64,000 nucleotides of DNA from Promethearchaeota archaeon. GTDB taxonomy: Archaea; Asgardarchaeota; Heimdallarchaeia; Hodarchaeales; Hodarchaeaceae. This document shows, piece by piece, positions 10,419-19,700 of the stretch. The notes beneath the pieces were generated by a model. The model did no database searches, was not told the origin of the DNA, and saw nothing but the letters and a program-made list of their open reading frames with translations. The translations under genes were made by a program, and so were the position numbers. The stretch is taken from assembly GCA_048938105.1 (NCBI GenBank), contig JBHLMN010000007.1:32001-96000 (forward strand), given 5' to 3'. Positions within the stretch are counted from its first letter, which is position 1; every line of letters begins with the position of its first letter.

Positions 10419-11609
10419 ATGCAGCGCTCAGGTTTTGCAGAAATGCCTCTGCATCCTGGTAAAGCACCTCGATGGTTATTTCATCGAATGGAAAAACTAA
10501 CCAAAGAAATTTGTCTAATTATTATGGATGAATTTGGTTCTCATGAATTATTAAATCGTTTAAGTGATCCATTCTTTTTTCAAGCATTATCTTGTGTTAC
10601 AGGCTTTGACTGGCATTCTTCAGGGACTACTACTACAACATGTGGAGCCCTTAAAATAGCATTAAATGCCATTAAAGATTCCTCATGTCAAATATATGTG
10701 GCTGGTGGCAAAGGACATGTCTCAAAAAAAACTCCTGCAGAATTACGACTTGTTAATGATCATCTAAAGACAGATTTTTCAGATCAAGAAATTACTGATT
10801 TCATAAGAGCTAGTAAATTATCTGCGAAAGTTGACAATGCAGTTGTCCAAGACTCTTTTCAGCTCTATCACCATTGCTTTTTAATTGATTCAGACGGTAA
10901 TTACACAGTTATCCAGCAAGGAATGAATAGAAAATGGGCTAGACGATATCATTGGACATCTGATAGGCATAGGATAGGAGGAGGATCATTTAGTGAACAA
11001 CCTCGTGACTTAATAGCTTGTAATCAAATTATTGATAATACTCTTGATCTTACTGCAGATATTAGTCAACAAACTCGGAACTGTATTATAGACTTAATCA
11101 ATGATAATCCCACGCATTTGAGACAGTTCTTCCCTTGGAAGAAAAACCAGACAATCTTACCTTTAGATCACTTTTTCCAATCAAAACCAACAGGCATTGT
11201 CTCACGAAACATCTCCCCATTGTTATCAATGCCTGAGCGACATCAGATACTTCCAATAGACTTAGGGGAGTCAGAATTTCAAACATTAGTCTCAGCATAT
11301 GAACAACAACCAAATCAGTTCGATGATTTAGTTGAAATCCAAGGAATAGGGCCAAAAAAACTCCGAGCTCTCACATTAGTCTCCGAGCTGATTTTTGGAA
11401 CCCAAGTAAGCTGGAAGGATCCTGTTAAATATTCATTCGCTCATGGGGGGAAAGATGGAATTCCTTTTCCTGTTGATCGTAATGTATATGATTCAACTAT
11501 TCAAACATTACGGTCAGCTATCGATAATGCCCATTTATCCAATAAGACTCAGCTTAAAGCAATAAAAAACCTCTCTCTTTTTACTACCCGAGTTCGGTCA
11601 AGAAATTAG
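10419..11609 (+). CDS. DUF763-family protein with HhH motif (probable start ATG 10419)
   Basis: LHPGKAPRWLF, GFDWHSSGTTT, QDSFQLYHH, ARRYHW, IQGIGPKKLRAL, DPVKYSFAHGGKDG. Confidence 0.88.
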   Translation: MQRSGFAEMPLHPGKAPRWLFHRMEKLTKEICLIIMDEFGSHELLNRLSDPFFFQALSCVTGFDWHSSGTTTTTCGALKIALNAIKDSSCQIYVAGGKGHVSKKTPAELRLVNDHLKTDFSDQEITDFIRASKLSAKVDNAVVQDSFQLYHHCFLIDSDGNYTVIQQGMNRKWARRYHWTSDRHRIGGGSFSEQPRDLIACNQIIDNTLDLTADISQQTRNCIIDLINDNPTHLRQFFPWKKNQTILPLDHFFQSKPTGIVSRNISPLLSMPERHQILPIDLGESEFQTLVSAYEQQPNQFDDLVEIQGIGPKKLRALTLVSELIFGTQVSWKDPVKYSFAHGGKDGIPFPVDRNVYDSTIQTLRSAIDNAHLSNKTQLKAIKNLSLFTTRVRSRN

Positions 11610-11688
11610 CGTGATACAAGAATTTTTATTATGAACATATCCTAGACCTATATAAGTATGAAGCCTTTATTAGTACCTGAACTCGCCC

Positions 11689-12105
11689 ATGGCTTGGCAA
11701 ATGAGGTGTGCTGAGATGGACGAACAAATAAAGAATGAATTGCGCACTATTTTAGAAGAGGTGTTCCAAAAGAACTCACAGGTTCAGATGATCTCCTTAA
11801 TTACTCCTGAAGGGCTTCCAATTCTGACTTTTAACCGTGAATCGGAAAATGGACTTTCTGAAATCACAGATTCAGGTATCCTGAATAGATATGCAGCTCT
11901 TGCAGGAGCGAGTACAACATTAGGAGAACGTACACTTTCAACCCTCTCACAGGAGAAAGTTCGTCTAATACATGTTCAAGGTAAAACTAAAGATATTGCC
12001 ATTGCTGTTTCACCCCATTTAATATCTTTAGTGGTAACTGAACCCTCTGGAAGTCCTAACCTCATTGCTGAGAAGTTGAATACCAAACTTAAAGCAAAAT
12101 TATGA
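11689..12105 (+). CDS. Roadblock/LC7 (MglB/LAMTOR-like) protein; start probably 11716
   Basis: LITPEGLPI...YAALAGASTTLGER...IHVQG...IAIAV...LVV pattern; GAGGTG upstream of ATG 11716. Confidence 0.85.
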   Translation: MAWQMRCAEMDEQIKNELRTILEEVFQKNSQVQMISLITPEGLPILTFNRESENGLSEITDSGILNRYAALAGASTTLGERTLSTLSQEKVRLIHVQGKTKDIAIAVSPHLISLVVTEPSGSPNLIAEKLNTKLKAKL

Positions 12106-14081
12106 TTAAGGCATTTGATTTCATAATGGATCCTCTTCAATGGTTTAATATAACAAAAGAAGCTCTCCCTCTTGTAGAATCTGAACTTGATATCTCTCAA
12201 TTTGAACTGTTGAGCTTAATTCGACTTGATACAGAAGTTCAGACCTTTTCAACCTCTCAAAGCCAAGTAGATGTAAAAAACGCGGCCTTACTTGGGCAAG
12301 CATGGTTTATTCTTATGAATATTTTAACTAATGAACTTCAGTTGGAAGCTTGGAATTCTCTTACTATTAAGAGTCACAACAAATTTGTTACAATTTATTC
12401 TCTAGGTTTCGATGTATTTCTTATAATCTTGGCTGAAGCTACAGTTGATTCTATGGATGTCCTGAAAATAATTCTAAAATTTATTTTTCAGATCGGTTAC
12501 CAAAAGAAATATGAAATAGCTGGATTGGTTTCCTCGGAAGGTTATCCAGTCTGGCTGAATTCTGTAGAAGAGATGGATGATTTTCTCTTTGCAATTTCAA
12601 TTACGTCTCTTCTCTCTCTAGTTGAACGAATAGATTATGAGGTATCAGCAGGCGGAATAGGCGCTTGTATCCTTCAAGGAACTGAAAATTTACTTTTAAA
12701 TGTTGCTTTTAACCCATCTCAGGATTTAGCTCTGGCTGTAACACAAAAAGGCGAAGATCTAGATGTAGTAACTCTTGATCCTGACATAAATACACTTTAT
12801 CAGAAAATTGTAGATCCTGTGGTATTTAGTGCAATCGTACCAGAAATTATTGATGAAGACCGAGAGCGAATGTTGGAAGAGATTCGTCAGGCATTTGATG
12901 GTGAAACAACTGAAGAAGAAATCCAAACATTAAATATATTTGACACAGAAATGCTTAAATCTCTTGAAAATGAGATTAAAACAGTAGCTAAGAAATATAG
13001 AGCGAATGAGATTTCGATTGGGTATTTACGTAAAAGAATGAGACTACCAGCTGAAGTCCTTTCGATGGCTTTAGAATATCTTATTGGAGAGGGATCTATC
13101 AGTGGTAAAGTTGGTAAGGCTCGTGTATCGGGACAGGAAATACTAGTTCTTGATTCAATGGCCGATATTGATAAGGAAGATAAAGAGCAATTAGAAATCG
13201 TAACAACTCAAATTGAAGATCTTTTCACTCCTATAGAACCCCTCATTATGCAACTACCCTCTGTTCAACCATCAGAAGCAGATGTCCAAGAAGTTATCTC
13301 AGAAGCTCTTGGAGAATTCCAAATTATGTTAACACTAGCGGATACGGATCCTCTATATTTGTTAATCAATGATCTAAGGAGTGTGAGAGCACAATTAGAA
13401 AACTCTGCCAAAACATTCGCACTCGTGAAACAACAGTTATCAGAAACAGATCAAGAAGATGTTCTTCGTACTGAACTGGAGAGACGCCAGGCTAAATTAG
13501 ATGATAAAATCCATGAACAGCAATTAACAATCACTGGAAAAATCAACCGATTTTATGGAGATCTTCTAAATTCATATCGCTTATTTTTCCGATTACTTCC
13601 TATTCCAGTTAAATTTAATAGGTCGAAGAGAAAGAAAAATATCATTGTTGTTTTCGGGTGTCCTGCTCATAATTGTGGAACAACAGTTAAAATTCGGGAT
13701 AAACCAACTACATGGGTTAAATTAAGTGTTTTCGCTACTCTTCTCGGTATTCAGGATGATTTCCCTGAAAAAAATCCCCTTATTGTTATTAAATTAAAAA
13801 CAATTCTTGAAGATCGCTTTAATAAGATCATTGCTTTGAAGAAAGAAGAAGAAACAAAAATAGACCTTGTTTTAGAAAATTACCTTGCCATTGAAAATCT
13901 AGATGAACTTTTAATTTCTAATACTCAAAGGGATGATGGAGTTAAAAAGCTTAGAAAAGCCAGAGTTGGACGAGGCACTGATAAAGAAGATTTTTATTCC
14001 CTTTTTTCACAGTGTAACTCATGTAACAGATGGTATTGCAACAATCATATGGCAACTACCACTAAATGTAAATACTGTTGA
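12102..14081 (+). CDS. Multidomain protein: tandem roadblock-like domains, winged helix, coiled coil, Cys/His Zn finger
   Basis: GLVSSEGYPV...SLLSLVERI...ILQG roadblock; ISIGYLRKRMRL...LEYLIGEGSISGKV; CPAHNC, CNSCNRWYCNNH, CKYC. Confidence 0.75.
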   Translation: MIKAFDFIMDPLQWFNITKEALPLVESELDISQFELLSLIRLDTEVQTFSTSQSQVDVKNAALLGQAWFILMNILTNELQLEAWNSLTIKSHNKFVTIYSLGFDVFLIILAEATVDSMDVLKIILKFIFQIGYQKKYEIAGLVSSEGYPVWLNSVEEMDDFLFAISITSLLSLVERIDYEVSAGGIGACILQGTENLLLNVAFNPSQDLALAVTQKGEDLDVVTLDPDINTLYQKIVDPVVFSAIVPEIIDEDRERMLEEIRQAFDGETTEEEIQTLNIFDTEMLKSLENEIKTVAKKYRANEISIGYLRKRMRLPAEVLSMALEYLIGEGSISGKVGKARVSGQEILVLDSMADIDKEDKEQLEIVTTQIEDLFTPIEPLIMQLPSVQPSEADVQEVISEALGEFQIMLTLADTDPLYLLINDLRSVRAQLENSAKTFALVKQQLSETDQEDVLRTELERRQAKLDDKIHEQQLTITGKINRFYGDLLNSYRLFFRLLPIPVKFNRSKRKKNIIVVFGCPAHNCGTTVKIRDKPTTWVKLSVFATLLGIQDDFPEKNPLIVIKLKTILEDRFNKIIALKKEEETKIDLVLENYLAIENLDELLISNTQRDDGVKKLRKARVGRGTDKEDFYSLFSQCNSCNRWYCNNHMATTTKCKYC

Positions 14082-14899
14082 TTTTTTTTTCCTATTTGAG
14101 GACTAAATACATGGTTCTGGTTGCAGGCGTTGATATCGGCTCGTTGACAGCAAAAATTGTAGTATTATCGTTTTCTAATAAAATTAATGCTCCCCCCCAT
14201 CAAAAATATGCATTTATAAAACGTGTTGGTTATAATCCTGCAGGTGTTGCAGAGTCTTTAGTAAAAAATGCCAAAGAGACACTAAAAATAAAAGACTTTG
14301 CATATATAGTCTCTACTGGGTATGGAAGAAAATTAGCTCCATCAAATGAGAATATAACAGAGATCACTTGCCATGCAACTGGTGCTTTCTTTGTTAATAA
14401 TACTATTCGAACAATTATTGACATAGGTGGACAAGATTCTAAGGTTATTCAAATCAATGCTCAAGGACAGATCCAAGACTTTGAAATGAATGATAAATGT
14501 AGTGCTGGGACAGGGCGCTTCTTAGAAGTGATGGCCAATGCATTGGAAGTAGAATTATCAGAATTTGGTAATCAGGCACTTATTTCGACAAATCCCGCTT
14601 CTATTTCGAGTACTTGTACTGTATTTGCTGAGTCAGAAGTAATATCACGTTTAAACCAAGGAGCAAATAGATTAGATATTATTGCTGGTATTCATCAGAC
14701 AATTGCTAATAAAATTACTGCTTTAACTGCTCGTGTTGGTGTCATCCCTGTAGTAGCTCTAACAGGGGGGGTTGCTTTAAATCCTGGTGTGAAAAAAATG
14801 CTTGAACATCAAATGAACACGTCTATAGAAGTTCCACCAAACCCCCAAATGATCGGAGCATTAGGAGCTGCTCTGTTAGCTTCTAAACATCTGAACTAA
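14078..14899 (+). CDS. BadF/BadG/BcrA/BcrD-type ATPase (2-hydroxyacyl-CoA dehydratase activator family)
   Basis: GVDIGSLTAK, STGYGR, TEITCHA, DIGGQDSK, MNDKCSAGTGRFLE, STCTVFAESE, GGVALN. Confidence 0.93.
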   Translation: MIFFSYLRTKYMVLVAGVDIGSLTAKIVVLSFSNKINAPPHQKYAFIKRVGYNPAGVAESLVKNAKETLKIKDFAYIVSTGYGRKLAPSNENITEITCHATGAFFVNNTIRTIIDIGGQDSKVIQINAQGQIQDFEMNDKCSAGTGRFLEVMANALEVELSEFGNQALISTNPASISSTCTVFAESEVISRLNQGANRLDIIAGIHQTIANKITALTARVGVIPVVALTGGVALNPGVKKMLEHQMNTSIEVPPNPQMIGALGAALLASKHLN

Positions 14900-14917
14900 T
14901 TCAAATTAAGAGAAGAG

Positions 14918-15901
14918 ATGTTGGATTTGTCCAATATTTTTAAAAATTTGACCTTATTTGAAATTAAAGAAACTCTTTCCAAAATCCGACCCTATGTAAT
15001 TAAAACACCAGTCATAAGATCTTATTATCTTGAAAAACTAATTGGAAAAGAAGTTTATTTGAAATTGGAATACTTGCAACCAACACGGTCTTTTAAAGTA
15101 CGAGGAGCATGCTCAAAAGCTCTGTCATTAAATAAAAAAGACTTGTCCCGTGGTTTAGTGACTGCGTCCGGTGGAAACCATGGTTTGGGGGTTTGTTATG
15201 CTGGAAAGGAACTTAATTCTCCAGTGGTGGTTTTTCTCCCTTCAAAGACTGCAAAAGAGAAAATTGAAAAAATCAAACAATGGGGAGGAAAAACGATCTT
15301 ATACGGGGAAGCTTGGGATGAGGCTAATCAAAAAGCTCAAAAATATGCTCAAGATGAAGGATTAACTTATGTTCATCCATTTGATGATCTTGAAGTAGTT
15401 AGGGGGCAAGGAACTATTGCATTAGAACTCCTTGACCAAAATCCTTATCTCGATGCTATTATAGCATCAGTAGGAGGAGGTGGTCTGATTAGTGGGCTGG
15501 GAATTGTGGCGAGACAAATGAAACCTGAAATTAAAATTTGGGGGGTAGAAACTATAGGTTGTGATGCTGTAACACAAAGCTTTCGGAAGGGATACCCAGT
15601 AAGACTTCCAGCAATAACAAGTATTGCTGATACTCTTGGAGCAAAACAAACTACTGAAGATACATTAACAAGAATTAAGGCTGTAGTAAATGACATGCAA
15701 ACTGTAACAGATGAAGAAGCTCTAGATGCCTTACTCTTAATGTTAGAAAGCGAAAAAATCCTAGTAGAACCTGCAACTTCTTGCTCTATTGCAGCGCTAC
15801 TACAAAATAAATTTGATGTGACAAATGTTGAAAAAATTTGTATTATTCTATGTGGATCAAATGTTTCTCTTAGACAATTAAAAGAATGGAAAGTTCTTTG
15901 A
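14918..15901 (+). CDS. PLP-dependent threonine/serine dehydratase
   Basis: SFKVRGA, ASGGNHG, HPFDD, GQGT, VGGGGL; no ACT domain. Confidence 0.92.
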   Translation: MLDLSNIFKNLTLFEIKETLSKIRPYVIKTPVIRSYYLEKLIGKEVYLKLEYLQPTRSFKVRGACSKALSLNKKDLSRGLVTASGGNHGLGVCYAGKELNSPVVVFLPSKTAKEKIEKIKQWGGKTILYGEAWDEANQKAQKYAQDEGLTYVHPFDDLEVVRGQGTIALELLDQNPYLDAIIASVGGGGLISGLGIVARQMKPEIKIWGVETIGCDAVTQSFRKGYPVRLPAITSIADTLGAKQTTEDTLTRIKAVVNDMQTVTDEEALDALLLMLESEKILVEPATSCSIAALLQNKFDVTNVEKICIILCGSNVSLRQLKEWKVL

Positions 15902-15997
15902 TTCTTTAAAATAAACAAATAGAAAAAGCTAATTCATGAGGCATTTATATAAAAAATTTTAACCCTAGAAGCAAACAACTCAAAGGAAGATAGTATT

Positions 15998-16507
15998 TTG
16001 GACGCATTAGAACTTCTAAAAGGGCGGAGAAGTATTCGAAAATATAAATCAACACCTGTAGAACCCGAAAAGCTTGAAAAATGTCTTCAAGCAGCACAGT
16101 GGGCACCATCGGCTTCAAATAAACAGCCTTGGGAGTTCTTGATTGTAACAGAAGAAGAAAAGAGAAACAAGTTAGCAGAGTTACACCCCTATGCAAAATT
16201 CGTCACACAAAGCCCAGTTGTATTTATTCCACTAACTAATCCGACTATTCATCCAAAGTATCATCATAGTGACACAGCTTTAGCAACACTACAATTTATA
16301 ATTCAAGCTCATTCTATAAACTTAGGTACTTGTTGGGCTGGAGTAATAGGTACAGATTTTGAACCCAAAATAAAAGATCTACTAAAAATTCCTAAACATT
16401 TACATGTATTAGCGCTGGTTGCTGTGGGTTATGCAGATGAAACTCCTTCCTCTAATCGTAAACCCCTTGAGAGCCTAATCCATAAAGAATCATATAATTT
16501 AAAATAG
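15998..16507 (+). CDS. Nitroreductase-family flavoprotein
   Basis: RRSIRKY, APSASNKQPW, LGTCW. Confidence 0.92.
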   Translation: MDALELLKGRRSIRKYKSTPVEPEKLEKCLQAAQWAPSASNKQPWEFLIVTEEEKRNKLAELHPYAKFVTQSPVVFIPLTNPTIHPKYHHSDTALATLQFIIQAHSINLGTCWAGVIGTDFEPKIKDLLKIPKHLHVLALVAVGYADETPSSNRKPLESLIHKESYNLK

Positions 16508-16527
16508 GAATGAAAAAATGTCTTTAA

Positions 16528-16596
16528 TGAGCCCCTAATGTTCGAAAGGCATATGTCTGACTTGTGATGACTAATCGATCCGAACGCTGGGGTTCA
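16528..16596 (+). ncRNA. Candidate structured RNA with CUGA/GUGAUGA (box D'/C'-like) motif
   Basis: TGAGCCCC/GGGGTTCA and TGTTCG/CGAACG stems with G-U pairs favouring the + strand; CTGA 16557-60 and GTGATGA 16564-70. Confidence 0.4.
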
Positions 16597-16627
16597 CTAA
16601 ATTCTCTCTAAAAAATCCCATCTCGAA

Positions 16628-19042
16628 TTATCGAAGAGCTAATCGAAGGGTTAAGTTTTCTTCAATAAAACGACCGAATCCAATTAAATCAGCTTGACCA
16701 TGCTTTATTGCTAGCTCTGCAGTTTCAACATCGAAATCACCACTACAAACAATCGGGATATGAGGAAGATCAGCTTTCATTTTTTGAATAAACCGTTCAA
16801 TATCTGATTCCTGCTCTTCTGATTCAGTGAATAAATAATCAATGCAAAGTAATTCGATGCCTGCTCTTCCGATATAGTTAACAACAGTAGATAATTCATC
16901 ATCAGATAAACCACGAAAAGGAGCCGATAAATAATATGCGAGCATAACCTCTGGAGGGAGACTGGCTCGAATGGCTTTTGCAACTTCTAGAGGAAACTGC
17001 ATTCGGTTGTTAAGTGATCCTCCATATTCATCACTTCGCTGGTTGTATATTGGTGAGAGGAATTGACCAAGTAGACCTGGCTTTCCGTGTGCTACGCTTG
17101 AGGATATTTCAATAATATCAAAACCAGCACGTGCAGCACGAACTGCAGCCTCCACATAGGTGTCTCGAAGTTCAGAGATTTCTTTCATCGATAAGGGTCG
17201 AGGAGGATCAAGATTGGGAAGGGCCACCGCTGAAGGTGCTAGAGGTTGAACTCCGCAAATAGACTTCTTTGTTGCTCCACCCGCATGAGTCAAACGAATA
17301 CCAATTAGAGATCCATTCTCATGAACCTGTTTAACTACCTCTACTAACCGAGGAATGACATAATCGTCATGAATTCCGATTTGAGAAGAATTACTCTTTC
17401 CAGAAACAGAAATGTATGCTGGTTCTAGATACACAAGTCCTGCCCCATCTCGCGCTATCTTGGAATAATATGATATTGCCTCACGAGTAATCTGACCATC
17501 AACTATTTCCCCTGCTGGAATTTTTCCAATCGGAGAAGAAGGCATCACAACACGATTACGAGCTTGAAGTTTTCCTAATTGGTAACTTCTAGTCAGAATG
17601 GATTCTTTAGGAATACGATTTTTGATGAATAAAATCATCAAAGTAGCTATTGTATAAAGAGTAGCAGTGAATAAGAATACGTATAAGAATCCAAAGTTGT
17701 CTACGATGTATCCCCCTATTGAAGCAGAAATAGACCAAAACATACCCCACGCCAAGGTCTCTAATGAATTCCATTTTGCTCTTGAAGTTGAAGGAACAAC
17801 ATCCATTAGTATGGATCGACTCACAGGCCCACTCGCATTCATCAAAGCATTGCGGCTTATGTAGAATATTGCTAAAAGCATGACTGAAGTGGAAAAGGAT
17901 ATATATCGGATCTGGTATAGTGGATGGTATAGTACAAGATTAATTACTAGTCCTAATAGACAAATAATCGCAAGTCCTTGAGTAAGGAACATTGTGCCGA
18001 TGCGGCCAAAAATTCGTATTATTCGCTGAGCTATTATTGCCATTAATCCTGTAATAACATTAGTAATACCAACCACGACATAAGTGAATAAAGGTTGTAG
18101 CCCATAACCAATAGTTGAACTAGCAAATAATATAGGGAAGAACGCAACTGTTGCCCCAGCGCCAAAACCAATGATTACACCGCTAATAACAAGTATAATT
18201 GGTGTAATTACATCATATGAAAATGGATGTCCAAAAATTGTGACAACAGGAAAATCCTCCATACTTCCTTTTGGTGGAGAAATTCCTATAGGAGGAGAAA
18301 CAGGCTTTTTTATTTTAACTAATATTGCTTTACTATCAGAAACAAAAACTATCGCAATATATGCAAATATTCCACTTATTCCTCCCACAAATATGAGATT
18401 TTGAAGAAGCATGAGATCCCAGATGTCACCAAAAATCAATGTTAACCAAGCTGCTAAAAAAGGGCCTGCAGCTGAAGCTAAAAGGTTAGCAAAAAACATC
18501 TTAGCAAATACTCGACTTCGATCTCCTGATTCAATTGAATCTGCTATTAAAGCTTGACCTGCAGGGCCAGATAACCCCCATCCTATTCCTCCAAGAATTT
18601 CACTAATAAAAAGTACGGATAAAGCGGCTGAAGGAGTTCCAGTTAAGAATGTTGAATAAATAAGTGTCAATTGGGCAAAAACACCGAAGATCACAGAGAT
18701 TCGGACAAGGAGATCCCGTCGATATTTATCCGCGAAATAACCTGATGGGAAAACAAAAATAGTCGAAGCAATACCTTGGATTGTAAAAAGATTCCCTAGG
18801 ACGAAATTAGATTGACCTAGTCCTTGAGGGGGATTATTTATAACATAAATTGAGAATGCGGTCTGAATTATCCCCATTCCAATAGCAGAACCGATCGTTT
18901 GGAGATACGCCAACCTAATATTCCAATTCATTTTTTCAGCACTTCTTTTATCAACTAACTTAATTTGTGAATAAGTAGATTTCCCTAATACCTTTACTTC
19001 ATGAATTTTTGGTCTTAAACATAAAACACTTATTACTTTCAT
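16628..19042 (-). CDS. MFS transporter fused to NADH:flavin oxidoreductase (OYE-like) domain
   Basis: GYFADKYRRD MFS motif and ~12 TM, then RNRVVMP, HAGG, AARAGFD, QFLSP.YNQRSDEYGGSL.NRMQFPLEV, ADLIGFGR. Confidence 0.88.
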   Translation of the reverse strand: MKVISVLCLRPKIHEVKVLGKSTYSQIKLVDKRSAEKMNWNIRLAYLQTIGSAIGMGIIQTAFSIYVINNPPQGLGQSNFVLGNLFTIQGIASTIFVFPSGYFADKYRRDLLVRISVIFGVFAQLTLIYSTFLTGTPSAALSVLFISEILGGIGWGLSGPAGQALIADSIESGDRSRVFAKMFFANLLASAAGPFLAAWLTLIFGDIWDLMLLQNLIFVGGISGIFAYIAIVFVSDSKAILVKIKKPVSPPIGISPPKGSMEDFPVVTIFGHPFSYDVITPIILVISGVIIGFGAGATVAFFPILFASSTIGYGLQPLFTYVVVGITNVITGLMAIIAQRIIRIFGRIGTMFLTQGLAIICLLGLVINLVLYHPLYQIRYISFSTSVMLLAIFYISRNALMNASGPVSRSILMDVVPSTSRAKWNSLETLAWGMFWSISASIGGYIVDNFGFLYVFLFTATLYTIATLMILFIKNRIPKESILTRSYQLGKLQARNRVVMPSSPIGKIPAGEIVDGQITREAISYYSKIARDGAGLVYLEPAYISVSGKSNSSQIGIHDDYVIPRLVEVVKQVHENGSLIGIRLTHAGGATKKSICGVQPLAPSAVALPNLDPPRPLSMKEISELRDTYVEAAVRAARAGFDIIEISSSVAHGKPGLLGQFLSPIYNQRSDEYGGSLNNRMQFPLEVAKAIRASLPPEVMLAYYLSAPFRGLSDDELSTVVNYIGRAGIELLCIDYLFTESEEQESDIERFIQKMKADLPHIPIVCSGDFDVETAELAIKHGQADLIGFGRFIEENLTLRLALR

Positions 19043-19180
19043 CTATTAAAATTAGTTCGGTATATACTATTATCAATAAACCATCATGAAAATCGAATAC
19101 TGTAAAGATTATGTGACAAAAAATAAATATTCTCTTTAAGATTCAGTCAAAACATCTAATAAATAATGGAGAAATAAATC

Positions 19181-19651
19181 TTGACTAAAGCAATTATCGA
19201 AACTAAATATGGTAATATTACAATAGAATTCTTTGATGAAATTACGAACACCGTTAAGAATTTTGTATCATTAGCAGAATCAGGATTTTATGATGGTTTG
19301 ACATTTCATCGGTGTATCCCAGATTTCGTTGCGCAAGGAGGATGCCCCCAAGGGACTGGTACAGGTGATCCAGGATACTCCATTCCTTGTGAGACAGAAA
19401 AAAATACAGGAAAACACAAACATGTCCGAGGAGCTCTCTCAATGGCACATGCAGGCAAAGATACTGGTGGATCACAATTTTTCTTAGTAAGAGCTCCCCA
19501 ACCTCATCTGGATGGGAAACACACGGTTTTTGGCCGAATTACTGAAGGCCTTGACATAATTGATAGATTAAGTAATGGAGATAAGATGAATAGGGTAAGA
19601 ATAGAAGATAAAAGTTCATTAGTTCAAAATCACCAGTTAATTAAGATTTAA
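19181..19651 (+). CDS. Cyclophilin-type peptidyl-prolyl isomerase
   Basis: [38 protein letters not shown]. Confidence 0.96.
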   Translation: MTKAIIETKYGNITIEFFDEITNTVKNFVSLAESGFYDGLTFHRCIPDFVAQGGCPQGTGTGDPGYSIPCETEKNTGKHKHVRGALSMAHAGKDTGGSQFFLVRAPQPHLDGKHTVFGRITEGLDIIDRLSNGDKMNRVRIEDKSSLVQNHQLIKI

Positions 19652-19700
19652 ATATAGGTAAAAATAATGTGTTTCTAGGATCAAATGGGGGTTTCTAATA

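Noticed and set aside
16540-16572. Hammerhead ribozyme (GAAA...UGAUGA)
   Set aside because: Core reads GUGAUGA rather than CUGAUGA, the cleavage position would be G, and stem I is missing
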